Assembly (NCBI GenBank): GCA_021613535.1
Contig: CP075495.1
Coordinates: 5,394,001 to 5,458,000, forward strand
Source of the DNA: Adineta vaga
Lineage: Eukaryota > Animalia > Rotifera
Direction of reading: 5' to 3'
DNA length: 64,000 nucleotides
Of the stretch, positions 29,744 through 41,771 are shown one piece after another. Below the pieces are notes generated by a model that was given only the letters and a program-made list of their open reading frames with translations, made no database searches and had not been told where the DNA came from. The number at the start of each line of letters is the position of its first letter. Position 1 is the first letter of the stretch. The translations under genes and the position numbers were made by a program.

Positions 29744-30766
29744 ATGAATCGAATGGGCGGACATTTACGAAAACTTTGGTTTAACGAACGAAAATATTCT
29801 CATATCTTATTAGATGAAACCGATGAAGCGTTATTACCAAACAACTACGTACATAAACATTCCTTTCGAATAACCAATATTCGATTACTTCCTCGATTTT
29901 ATCAATGGATATGTAGCCATAAATGTTTATTTTTTCTAATTATTTTTATGGGTGTACCCATATTACTGTATCTATTTCTACTTGTTTTATCTACAAATCA
30001 AGCATTGATTCCAAAAGATTTTCGAACAAATGTTCTGCGACGATTGTTATTAGTTGTTGCTCATCCTGATGATGAATGCTTGTTTTTCTCACCTACGTTA
30101 CGTGTTTTACAAAGTCAACATGATATTGAATTGAATTTGCTAGTATTTTCACGTGGAAATCATGTAGGTTTAGGTGATATTCGTGCTCGAGAATTACTCG
30201 GTTCATGTCGTGTATTAAATATTCCACACGAACGTTGTTTATCATTAGATTTACCTAATATACAGGATAATCCGAAAGTTTGGTGGTCGGAACAACAACT
30301 TATTCCTATCATTAACAAATACAGTCATTTATGGTCTATCGATTTACTTATTACATTCGATGATCAAGGTGTGTCAGGCCATATAAATCATCGAGCTGTC
30401 GCATCGGCTATTCGTCAAATAATAACGCGCAATAATAATACAATGATAAGAAAAGCATATGAATTAAAATCAGTTTCGCTTCTTCGTAAATACTCATCAA
30501 TCTTAGATATTTACGTGGTATTTATGTCATTCATCCCACGATTTTTTCGTTCTCTATTTTCCCACGTTATTCCGTATAATTTAATTTCTCCACCTGATGC
30601 ATCTCGAATGCTTTTAATCAATACTCCTCATGATTACATGGTTGCACGTACTGCTTTTGCTAGTCATCAAAGTCAATATAGTTGGGATCGACATCTATAC
30701 ATGATTGTCAGTCGTTATATGTTTATCAATGAACTAAATTGTATAGAAAAAGGAAACATAGTTTGA
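29744..30766 (+). CDS. PIG-L/LmbE-family GlcNAc-inositol-lipid de-N-acetylase (GdaA/GPI12-like)
   Basis: TM anchor; LLVVAHPDDECLFFSP; ITFDDQGVSGHINH; HQSQYSWDRHLYMIVSRY; intronless. Confidence 0.92.
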   Translation: MNRMGGHLRKLWFNERKYSHILLDETDEALLPNNYVHKHSFRITNIRLLPRFYQWICSHKCLFFLIIFMGVPILLYLFLLVLSTNQALIPKDFRTNVLRRLLLVVAHPDDECLFFSPTLRVLQSQHDIELNLLVFSRGNHVGLGDIRARELLGSCRVLNIPHERCLSLDLPNIQDNPKVWWSEQQLIPIINKYSHLWSIDLLITFDDQGVSGHINHRAVASAIRQIITRNNNTMIRKAYELKSVSLLRKYSSILDIYVVFMSFIPRFFRSLFSHVIPYNLISPPDASRMLLINTPHDYMVARTAFASHQSQYSWDRHLYMIVSRYMFINELNCIEKGNIV

Positions 30767-30826
30767 TATTTTGTTGAAATAATAAAACATAGTTGAACGA
30801 ATATCGTTATTTTGAATTTACATTGA

Positions 30827-32544
30827 TCAATCACAATGACCTCGTGGATAATGTAACGGTACACCATCTTTCAATAATCTTTCTTGTAAACGATTGATAT
30901 TCACTACTTGTACGTCGATATGACCATCTAAAATTGAATAAACAGCTGCATATCCAGCAGCACCACCTAATAACATAAAATGCGGTTCTACACGTGTAGC
31001 TGAATAGGCTACATGTGTCGCAGCATGACATACAGGAACAAGTAAATTTGTGACTTCATTTCGTTTTGGTAATAGTATCGAATAAGGTATTTCAAAAACA
31101 GGTCCACTTTGCGATCCATTAACATGTGCAATTTCTTGAAATATGGCTCCTTCATTATTGACATACGATCCATTTACTGTACGTGTTACAACATGAATAT
31201 CATATCGCCAACTACCTAATGCAATGGTATCATTACGACATAAACCACTAAGAACATGATTTTGTGTAAAAACTTGATCATTAACTAAACGAAGACCTTC
31301 ACGAACATAGAGTTGCGGGGGAATGTGACTATTTTCAGGCCATTGATCATTGCATAGTCCATAGTTTTCTATTGACTTTCGTGTTGCTTCTGGAACTAAT
31401 GGAGATGTTAACAGATACCAAAGCATACCGAGAACATAATCAGACACACTTTGTGCAACATAAAGACGATCTTCTGCTGTTCCATTAACATAATTTCGAT
31501 TTATATTAATAGCATCACTTGTAAAAGCACTTCCAGCACTGTCACACATATCAAATTTATCACCGTCAGGATAACCACGATAGGATAGTATATCAACAAG
31601 TTTGCTTAATGGTGGTCCTTGTGGATATTGTTTTGATGCGATCAATGAATTGATATATCTTTGTAGAATAATAAAATTATTTGGATCATAATTAGTTGGT
31701 TTTACAAAGGGTGCTTGTTTCTTCTTTGTTGTTGTAAGACACAAACGATATGAATATCCCATCATATTTAAATCTGCAGAACCAACTGATTCTAATTTCT
31801 CTGATGAGACATAGGGTGCTAATGTTCCATTATCTAAACTAGCATTCACAGGATAATTAGGAATGAAATTAGAAAATGATGTATATGGTCGAACACCAGC
31901 GAATGATTCATTATATTGATCATGTGATTCTCTTCCCCATGTAAATGATGCACCAGAAAAGCGAACAAGATCACCCTCATAACTAGCATCAATCCATACA
32001 GATGCATTCCATACACGTTGACCATTCTTTGTCGTTACTTGAACAATACGAGTACCATTCATGACAATACTTTTATCTATCAATGGTCCAACGTCTGTAA
32101 TCAGTTGAATATTTGAATGCATCGAAAGTAAATCAAGAAAACTTTGTCGACTAATATTCATATCTGGTTGATAGATTGGATGTGAAACATTTTTGTAATA
32201 CTTATAATTATTATTCACCCAATCTTGTACAATAGATCCTGGAACTAGCAATCAACCAAAGGGAAGATATCGGTAAAATTATACAAGAATTTTAGTATGA
32301 ATAGCTTACTGGTAACTTCGGAACCAAGATCACGTAAACCAATACCACCAGCTGCAGCCATTCCACCTATGTAAGATGTTGGTTCAATGATAACAATTGA
32401 GAAAGATGATGCTAATCGAGCTGCTGTAATAGCTGCAGCAATTCCACCAGGTGTTGCTCCAAAAATGGCAACATCGTAAGCAATACTTACTGAATAGTAA
32501 GCGAATAGGAAAATGATACTCGAATATAAATGTAATTTAAACAT
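30827..32544 (-). CDS. Secreted FAD-dependent oxidoreductase (microbial-type FAD_oxidored family), 2 exons
   Basis: Signal peptide; YDVAIFGATPGGIAAAITAAR; IGGMAAAGG; IDASYEGDL; GRES..Y.ESFAG; PPQLYVREGLRL; IPYSILLPK; HVAYSATRVEP; one intron at about 32309-32245. Confidence 0.88.
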
Positions 32545-33392
32545 TATTACGATAAAATTATCGTCTAAACCAGGTAAAAAACAGCCATCTTTTAATAGAT
32601 ACTCTCTTATCTTTCCTATCTATGTCTCTTACTATTGGTGAAGATTATCTTGCAAAATAAAAACTAACAGCAACTACATTATCAGTTCAAGATACGATAT
32701 TTCTTTTTACATCTAATTTGGGTTAGAACATTCTATTATATTTTATGAAATTCCTATTATAGTTTTCAATATTAATTCGGGAATAATATCTTTATTTAAA
32801 TTTTTCTTACTAGTAAATGATCGAATCATATAAACTTTTCGTTGTAGATCGTTCCTCTTTCATTCCACAAAGAAACATTTAAACAGAAAAAAAAGAACGG
32901 AAAAGTAAATGAAATAAACTTGAATGAAAATTTAGTACATTATATTAAAAGAAACATAAAAAGAGTATCATAAATTAAAAGCGAAAGGACAAGAAAGAAG
33001 ACGAAAGTCTATCGCAAACGTTTTTCCATTTCCATTAGGTTATTGAAAATCGAAAATGTCATCGATAAGCTTAAAGCAAGAAAAGACAAGAATGAAAAGC
33101 TATACCAAATAAATCATATGAAACACCGTTGCCCCCTATCTATATGACATACACAAAAAAATGTTTGTTTTATATACATATAACAAGGTATGTTCAGTAC
33201 AAGTTCACAATCAACGTACAGAAAATAATCAATCACACGTTGTTCTAAGGAAAGTAATCAACTATGATAACGATACACAAGACATCACTGTTTAAGACAC
33301 ATTTTGGTTGATTAAATGAATGAAAAAGAAATCTTATAAATGATAAAAGAAATACGTAGTAAGATAATAATATTCATAATTTTGCATTAACT

Positions 33393-36300
33393 TTAATTGT
33401 GTACAGTATTGGCAGCATCCTAAAGAAAAAAGAGTAAAAGTTTTACAAATCATTTCAACAATAGAATAAAATTCTCATGTCACAGGCAAACAAAACTAGC
33501 GATATAATGCAAAACCTCTCTATTGTTAGTCAAATTAAGAAAAAATATAGCAAAAATAACAAGCTTCTTCGTTACCAAATTGGAGATAGCCTATAATTGA
33601 TAGTCAATGTTAAATGTAGAATATGTTTATTTTATGTATAACTACAAGACTAAAACTTCTAAGATGTGCAACTTACATTTTGATCCCAACCAGCTTCTTC
33701 ACCTGCCATTTGATAATGTTGTTTTCGTAATTTATACAATTGTTGTTTAGCTTGTTCTAATGCTTTTTCTAATTCAAGAACTTTTACTTGTGCATCCATT
33801 TCCTTTCGTTTCGTTTGATGTAGACTCAATGAACTGAAATCCATTGTACCTGAAATAATAAAATATTTTCAAATAACATCATTCATTTCACCATTGAATA
33901 CTATTGACAACTAAACATGTACGAATCTTTATAGAGAACTTACTCTTTTCTTCAATAATTGCCGCACAATTCTTCGCTGTTGCAACGACTTGTGCAGTAG
34001 ATGCATTGACTGATTTCGATGCTTGTGAAAGTGCTTCACGATTTTTCGATTCACGATCAGCTTTAACCTTTTTAAAGAAAAATACCATCTTATTACTAGA
34101 TTCTTTACGACATGATTTGCTTACATTTGATGCTGCAACCAGTTGTGCTGTTGCTGCAGCAATTTCTTGTGAACAAGCAATAATCTCTTCAAATTTACCA
34201 TTACCACTTAAGAGATGATCGGCCGATTCACTAGAAAAAGATCAAACAATTTTCTATTTATATTCTCAGAAGTACATCATCAAAGTTTCAATTAAACATA
34301 AGGAGAAAAAAGAATGAACATGCTCATGCAAATTAGATTAAAGCATTTTATGTGTTTCTTCAAAATTAATAACGAAAGAAAAACTCCAAAATAAAAGTAC
34401 AAATATGTCTGTGACATGCGGTGATCTCACACACTCTAAATTGACTAGAAAACACAGCAGATTTTTTGAACGCACAGAACATTGTTATTATCGTCAAGAA
34501 AACTAGATGTTTTTTCACTATTTATATATATATATATATAGACAAAGAGAATTTCGAATTAATTTTACTAAATCACAAAAAACAATTATAGATTGTACTA
34601 ACTTACATTAAAACTTTGGCATTAACACCAACATTTTTAGCAGCAGAAACGAGACCTTCTGTCCATTTATGATTTTTTGTATAAAATTCACGTGCACTTG
34701 CTGTACCCTATTCATTACAATCAAGAGATATTTTGTTTTCAAAACTCACTACAAAAACTATCTTACTCGGCCTTGAGAAACAATTTCCTTTTGAAGATCA
34801 CGTGCTTTGATTATTAAAGCTTTTATTGTTTGCATTAATTTACCACATGAATCAAGTATTTGTCCATTAACCTCGCATTTAATTCCTGTATCTTGTTCAC
34901 GAGATTTTGCCATCATTTCCTATGAAAACAAAAAAGCGTACATCATAGATGAATTGAAATAATTCTATCTATCTATTCATTATACTTCAAGTTGTCGAAC
35001 GGCTTCATCAATTGTTTCATGAGTTGATTGTAATTCTTTTTCAACAAGATCACCTAATTCTTCTTTGCTGATATCCAATACCTTGAATTAAAACAGTGAA
35101 TTAATTGATTTGTTTAAACAAACAAACATTAACTAACCTTGGGTAAAAGTATTGTTGCTTTGTCAATAAGAGAATTTAATCGACGTATTAATTCATTCGA
35201 TTGTTTATCAAAATCAATGTTTGTTGATGCTAAAAATAGAAACAAATTAGGTTTTGAATTTTGTCAAGATTGCATTACGAACGTGTTTGATAATTTGAAT
35301 ACAGATCAATGCATTGTAAAGTTACATCACGACAATTATCAGCTAAGACAACACTTTGATCAATATCTTGTACAAGATTAGACGTAGCTTTGCCATGAAC
35401 AACAATATCCACCATGCAGTTAGCCAATAAAATACATTCATTAAGAAATGGAAATGATGCAGCTAGAAAAGTTTCAATATCAAACAAAAAGTGTTTCAGG
35501 CTTTCATTTTTTCTCAACATGACTCAAAAATACTATAGTCTCTGACTATCTAAGTTCATGCCATAGTACGAACAATATTTAAAGGTGCATGTAAAAGCTT
35601 ATTTCTGAAGAATGGAAATGTCAATACTAACATTCATCGTCAGCTGTTTGTTTTTTCCATAAATCTTGTGTATTCTTCGTACTAGCTATAGCATTTCGAA
35701 GTTTTGATAGAAGATATTCAGGACCACTTTTACAATTTAATAGTTCAATATCTTTTGTACGTTCAACACCATCATGCATTTGATTAATACAAAATGTTAA
35801 AATTGAATCTAAAAATGACAAGAAATCAATACACATTCTAACTATGGATTGAAATTGATGCTTACACTTATATTGTTGTTTAAAATTATTCATCATATTT
35901 GCATGATTTGTCTGCATTAATTTTTGATTATCAGTAGTTGTAACGAATTTTTGTGCCCATTCACGTGTTAATGCTTCTAAATCAGCAACACGATGTTCTA
36001 ATTCTTCTTTTTCATGAATCAAATCAATTAGACTCTCTTCATTTTCCTTTTAGAAGAAAAAAAACACGATTAATCAATTGATAGTTTAAACTATAAAGTT
36101 GATTTACTCGATTTTTGGATAATAAATCTCCTCGATCACATTCAGCTTCTCTTAATTTCCGTTCGAATTCCAATTTATCATTTTCTAATCGATTGTGAAT
36201 GGATGATTTTTCATTTTCTAATTCTCGATAACGAGCTTCGGCACTCTAAAACGATGAGAAAAAAACCACATTAGATTCATTAATTTGAAAACTAGAAATA

Positions 36301-39300
36301 ATCACTTGTTTTGCATTTTCAACTTCTTTAATACGTTCTGTTGTTGTTATGGTTGTTGTTTGATAATCATTACGTTCATTTGTTAATGCTGCTATTCGAT
36401 TTTGTAATTCCTATTTTAATATAGAATTTCAAATAAAATTGAACAAATTCTTTCAGACGCTTACACTTTCTCGTTCTTCCATCGATAGTTTTAACTCGTT
36501 TATTTCTTTTCGAACTTGTTCTTTTTCTCGATTCGATATCTCTAATTGTTTTTCAAGTTGCTAATAACAAAGACATGTGAGCAAGGAGAAAGGATTATAA
36601 GCAGAAGCAAGTACCTCATTGTCATGCTTTAGATCTGTTATGATACCATTCGATTCGTTTAATTTAGCATCATTAGTAGTATTTACAGATTTTAATTGGT
36701 CAATGATATTTAATAATTCCTTTATAGAAGGATAAGAATATGAATTTACTCAAAAGACAACAACAACAATAATGGAATTTACTTTTGTTTTCTGTTCATA
36801 TTCATGCTGAATAATGTTTAATTTCTGATCAAATTCGTTAGTTTTAGCTTGTAAAGTATCTTGCAATGTTTTATTCGTCATTTCATATCCTTCTATCGTT
36901 TTCTGATTTTCCTATAAATGATAAACACAATTCATCTAATATTTCGATGAATGCTTTCATATTATACTTTTGCAGTTGACTCATGTTGATCTATGACTTT
37001 AGTCAGATGACTTAATGTTTCTTCTAATTCATGTCGTTTTTCTTCACGTTCGACAAGTACCTTATAAGAGAAGAATACGAAAAACAACAACATGTTATGC
37101 TTTACATTCTTTCTATTGATACTTTAGTTTGATTTTCGAAACTGGCCGTTTCACGTTGAAGAACTTGTTTCTTATCATCAAGTTCTCGTGTTAATACTTC
37201 GATTCGTTCGATCTGATTCTGAATGGTTTTTTCTTGATTCTAGATGTGAAAAATAAGGAGCGCTTTCTTAAGCATCGTTAAGGCAGACAACATCTAAGTT
37301 TACTTGAGATTGATTTTCACTCTCATTCAAACGAAATCTCTGCTCTTCGATTTCTAGTTCAAATTGATCTCGTTGAGATTTCAATTTATTCATCTCGAAA
37401 TAGATTTTCTAATCGTAGATGGAAAGAAAACAAGATCAATCGTTTTTTCTTCTATAAAACACTCAGGGCAACTTACATCATTTGTTTGTCGTAATTGAAC
37501 AATTTCTCCATTGAGTTCTTCATGATTATGTTGTTTTAATTGTTCATAATCTGTTTTCATTCGATTAAATTCATCATCCATTTTCTGCAAAAAAATAAAG
37601 TATTCATTGCAAAAGACAATTTATATATGTTTTACTTTGTAACTTTCTTTTAATTGTGAATGTTCTTGATTTAGATTTGCTAATTGTTTTTTCATTTCGC
37701 CTTCCTACATGAAAAGAATTATCGATGTGAGATAATTATAAATTTTAATTCACACATACACGACGTAAAACGACAATATGTTCTTCACGAAGTTTATTAT
37801 AAACTTCGAGTAATTTATTGAATTTTTCATCCGAATTTGATTTTTCTAAATAGGAAACTTTCGGAGATACATTATAAAGATTTTGAATTTACTTTCTAGT
37901 GCATGCATTTCTTCGACACGTCGTTGATTATCTAAGTGTTGACGAAGTTGATCTTCAAGTTGTAATCGATGCTAAATTTAGAGACAAATCATTATCATAA
38001 TTATAATAAAAATTCTATTTTGAATTTACATTTCTTTCTGTTGTTAATTCCGTATCTTTAGCAGCAATAAGTCGATGTAATTCATCGGTTTCTGAACGAT
38101 TTTCTCGTAACATCATATCACACTAGATCGAAATCAAAACACACATAGAAAAACTTTCAAATTAAAGTTTTTTTTCTTTACTTTTAATAATCTTTGTTCC
38201 AAATCAGTAATTTCATTAGATCTATTAGAAATGAAAAAAAAAGTAATTTTTCAAAACATATTCGATAAAAATCTAAACAAACCGGTCAGATACATGTCCA
38301 TTTGGTGGCCAATCATCATTCATTGCAAAACTTACAGTTGAACGTGTCTAAATAGAAAGTACAGACAGCATAACGATCTGATCGAAAACTTTTTCTTACA
38401 TCATCACTTGTATCGATAAGAATATCATCAACTGCGTTTGTTTGTTCCGGTGGTGGTGTATGTATAATAGCAATAGGAGTTTGATAATTTTTGATATCAT
38501 CTTTTAATTTAAAATTCGGTGGATTCTATAAAGAATGAAAACGAAAATTACTAAATATACGAATAACAACTATTGACATACATCTGGTAAAATTGGTACT
38601 TTGATTAAATCTCGAAAATATTGTAATGTTGATGATTGTTCATAAAAACGTTTTAATCGTCGAAATTGCTCCATTAATCGTTGTCGATGTCCTTGTAATG
38701 TATCACCAGGCAAACCTAAACAATAAAGATTGAATTAAACTTAATAATTAAAAGATTTTCTTACTCTCATGAAGTTTAAAGAGAACTTTAACAATATAAT
38801 CATAAAGAATGCTCGAATCTTGTATACAAAGAATCAATGGATGAAGACGACATTGACCAATTGTTGTCATTGAATTCGCACGCGATTGATCCAATGATGT
38901 AAAAACAACTTCAACAAGACCCAAGATTTCTTCCATATAATCAAGTAATTCAATGCATAATTGAAAATATGCATCTAAATTTTCATTAAATATACGTCGA
39001 ATATCATTACGTTCACCAATAGATAAATTTCCAGCGAACGTTGGATTTCGTTCATGAAATGTTAATTTTGAAACCATTAAACGACAATAACGATATGTCA
39101 TCATACCATAACTTTGTCGAAGTGCACTCTATATCCGAGAGAAGAAAAAAACAAGATGTCATTCATTTGGAAAAAATATTTAGATATAAATATATATATG
39201 TGCAAATGAGCGAGCATAGAAATCGTTTCTAACAAACCATTTGACTTCCTCCGTGTATTTGTGTTTCCGAGAAAGGTGACTGAATGTATATATGTATATG

Positions 39301-39914
39301 TTAGTAAAACCGTTTTTAGTTTGAATTGATATATACGTCGAAGACTTACCCAAAATTTGCCTAGTTGTTCAAAATAAGGTGCTAATTGAACAGAATCATG
39401 CACCACCTAAATTAGAAAACATAAATATTTGATGAAATACTTCAATGTTGATTTAGAATAATAGTATACATGTTTATGACCATCTCTTAAAATTCGATGC
39501 ATAACATAGCAAAATTTCCAACAAATAATTGGATGTGATTCTAATTGAAGTCTCGTCATCATCGACCAAAATAGACGAGCACCTTCCAATCGAAATGTTC
39601 CAAGAATAAGATCTAAATCGATTCAAATAAATAAGATAATTCAAATGTATTTTTTTTCTTCAACTTACTTCGAACATGTTTTTCTTTTGCTGGTGCTTCA
39701 ACACTACTGATTGCTTTGGTTGCACTTTGCCACTAAAAACAAGAAAAGAAAAACAACAGCGACTTTGCAGTTGTATTTGATAAAACTGATATTATACTTG
39801 ACTCCATTCGAATTTATCTCGTTCAACTTGATCAGCTGCTTTTCGTCGTATAGGAATAGTTGTTACCAATTGATTTAAATTCACAGTACTCGGACGATGA
39901 TTGTAGACGCTCAT
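33393..39914 (-). CDS. HIP1: Huntingtin-interacting protein 1 / HIP1R / Sla2 (ANTH, coiled coil, I/LWEQ), many exons
   Basis: KAISSVEAPAKEKHVR; WKFCYVMHRILRDGH; GQCRLHPLI; WTEGLVSAAK; EIAAATAQLVAAS; EMDAQVKVLELEK..L.KLRKQHY. Confidence 0.93.
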
Positions 39915-41771
39915 CTTCAATAAAAATAAAAACAAAATATCATTTGACTCAATATGTCAAATGTCAACAGAAGCAGCATCAGTATTTTTATATTTTTTAG
40001 TTTGCTCTTGTTTTCTTCCGCTGATAGAACAGTAAAAAACAACGGGCATACAAAATTGACTCACGCGAAAACATTGTTAGATAACAGGACGTTTTTTTAT
40101 ATTCTTTACTTTGTACTACTCTCGGTGTATTGCATACGTAAATCGTTTGTTGTCGATCACTAGCGCATGCATTAATTTTACTGACAATAGTCAATACAAT
40201 TCGATAGAGAAAAATCAGACATGACGTCGATAAGAATGAAGAGAATAGTGAATGTATGCGCGAAGTTGGTATAATCTATTTGTATCATGTTCAAGGCTAC
40301 AGAGAAGGTGAAGATGAATTTAAGACAAAAATCTTGATAATTTCACATTTGTAAATAAAGAAAAGTGTCGATCGATCAAAATGAGTCAAAGATAGAGGAA
40401 GAAGAAGATGACGCCTTAAATATCGGCAAACAACACAACTGGGTGAAGGTTGTCCATTGATTCTGTTTTCTTTTCTTTTGCAATCTATCGTAATCTGTAG
40501 AGGGCGTAGACTGTCAATAAGATGAGTAATAATCCTCAGTTAACTCATATTAAAATGAAACAATTTAAAAAAACACACATGTTATACTGTATCCCAATTA
40601 ATATACCGTTATTTACTCATTGGTAAGCGAATTTATCAATCGAGATAGTGATATTTCATTGATAGATAAGTATAGGTGATGGGAAAAACTTATAATAATA
40701 TCAAAGTTCATAGAACGATATAAAAAGAGGACAACATTCTTAAATTTAGTCAAGATCAAATTGAAATTCGTTGAATTTTACCAGAACAATATTATTATCC
40801 TAGATAATCAAATCTGTAATGATCGAGTACTCGATGATTCTATATATTTTTATAACTAGACGATTTCCGAAAACAATAATAATGATTTTAACGTTAAATC
40901 AACATTAGTAAAAGGAAAAAGCAAGTAACATCCTTTCTAATGGATTCTATTAAAAACCAATTTGATTGATAAAATAAGAACAAATGATTACTTTGTATTC
41001 TCGTACTTTTTTTTGCGAAATAAAAGAACTTTCAAATAATGACGAGTAACATTTACGATATACAAATAGGAAAAAAGTGCACATCGATAAAAATAGCTAA
41101 ATAGTGAGTTGATTTTATGAACAACAGAATATTTCCGATAATTAACTTTTATCTTAAAAAAAAGGTTAACTTTTTTCCACTCTTTTAAGATTATCTATGA
41201 ATCATTTATCTTTCATTATGAGAAATATCCATGAAGTCACGTTCACCTATAAATTGAAAACTAGAAATCGTTTATACAATCTCTTTTTCGAAAATCTGAA
41301 GGGTCTCATTGTCATCAAAGTTCTAATTTAATATGTAAATAACATTTACATTGACTTACAAAGTAGTATGACATGTGAGTAATAGAAAACCCGATAGTTA
41401 ACAAAAATTCTTATATTGTGAAGAAAAAAAAGTATCTTTAATCAATTCAAAAAAATCATTTTATTATTATATTTATAAAGAATAATTATTATATACATAC
41501 AAACACACTTATTCAATAATTAACATCTGTTATAAACAAATATTTTGTATTGATTAATACTAAAATTTGACATGCGCATACTGTATATTATTTTATAGAA
41601 TGGACAAAATGTGATTTGACACTGGAAGGAAAAGAAAATACGTTCTTTGGATGATACAATTTAGATAAATAAATAGAGATATATATTTCTATGCATCTAT
41701 AGAGAGAGAGAGAGAAATAATATACATTTAACAGAAAGAATATACAGACTGTTCGATGTTGAAAAGAAATT

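Noticed and set aside
28571-32544. Fungal or bacterial contamination
   Set aside because: Base composition and codon style match flanking host genes, host-type introns are present, and the block is contiguous with metazoan genes
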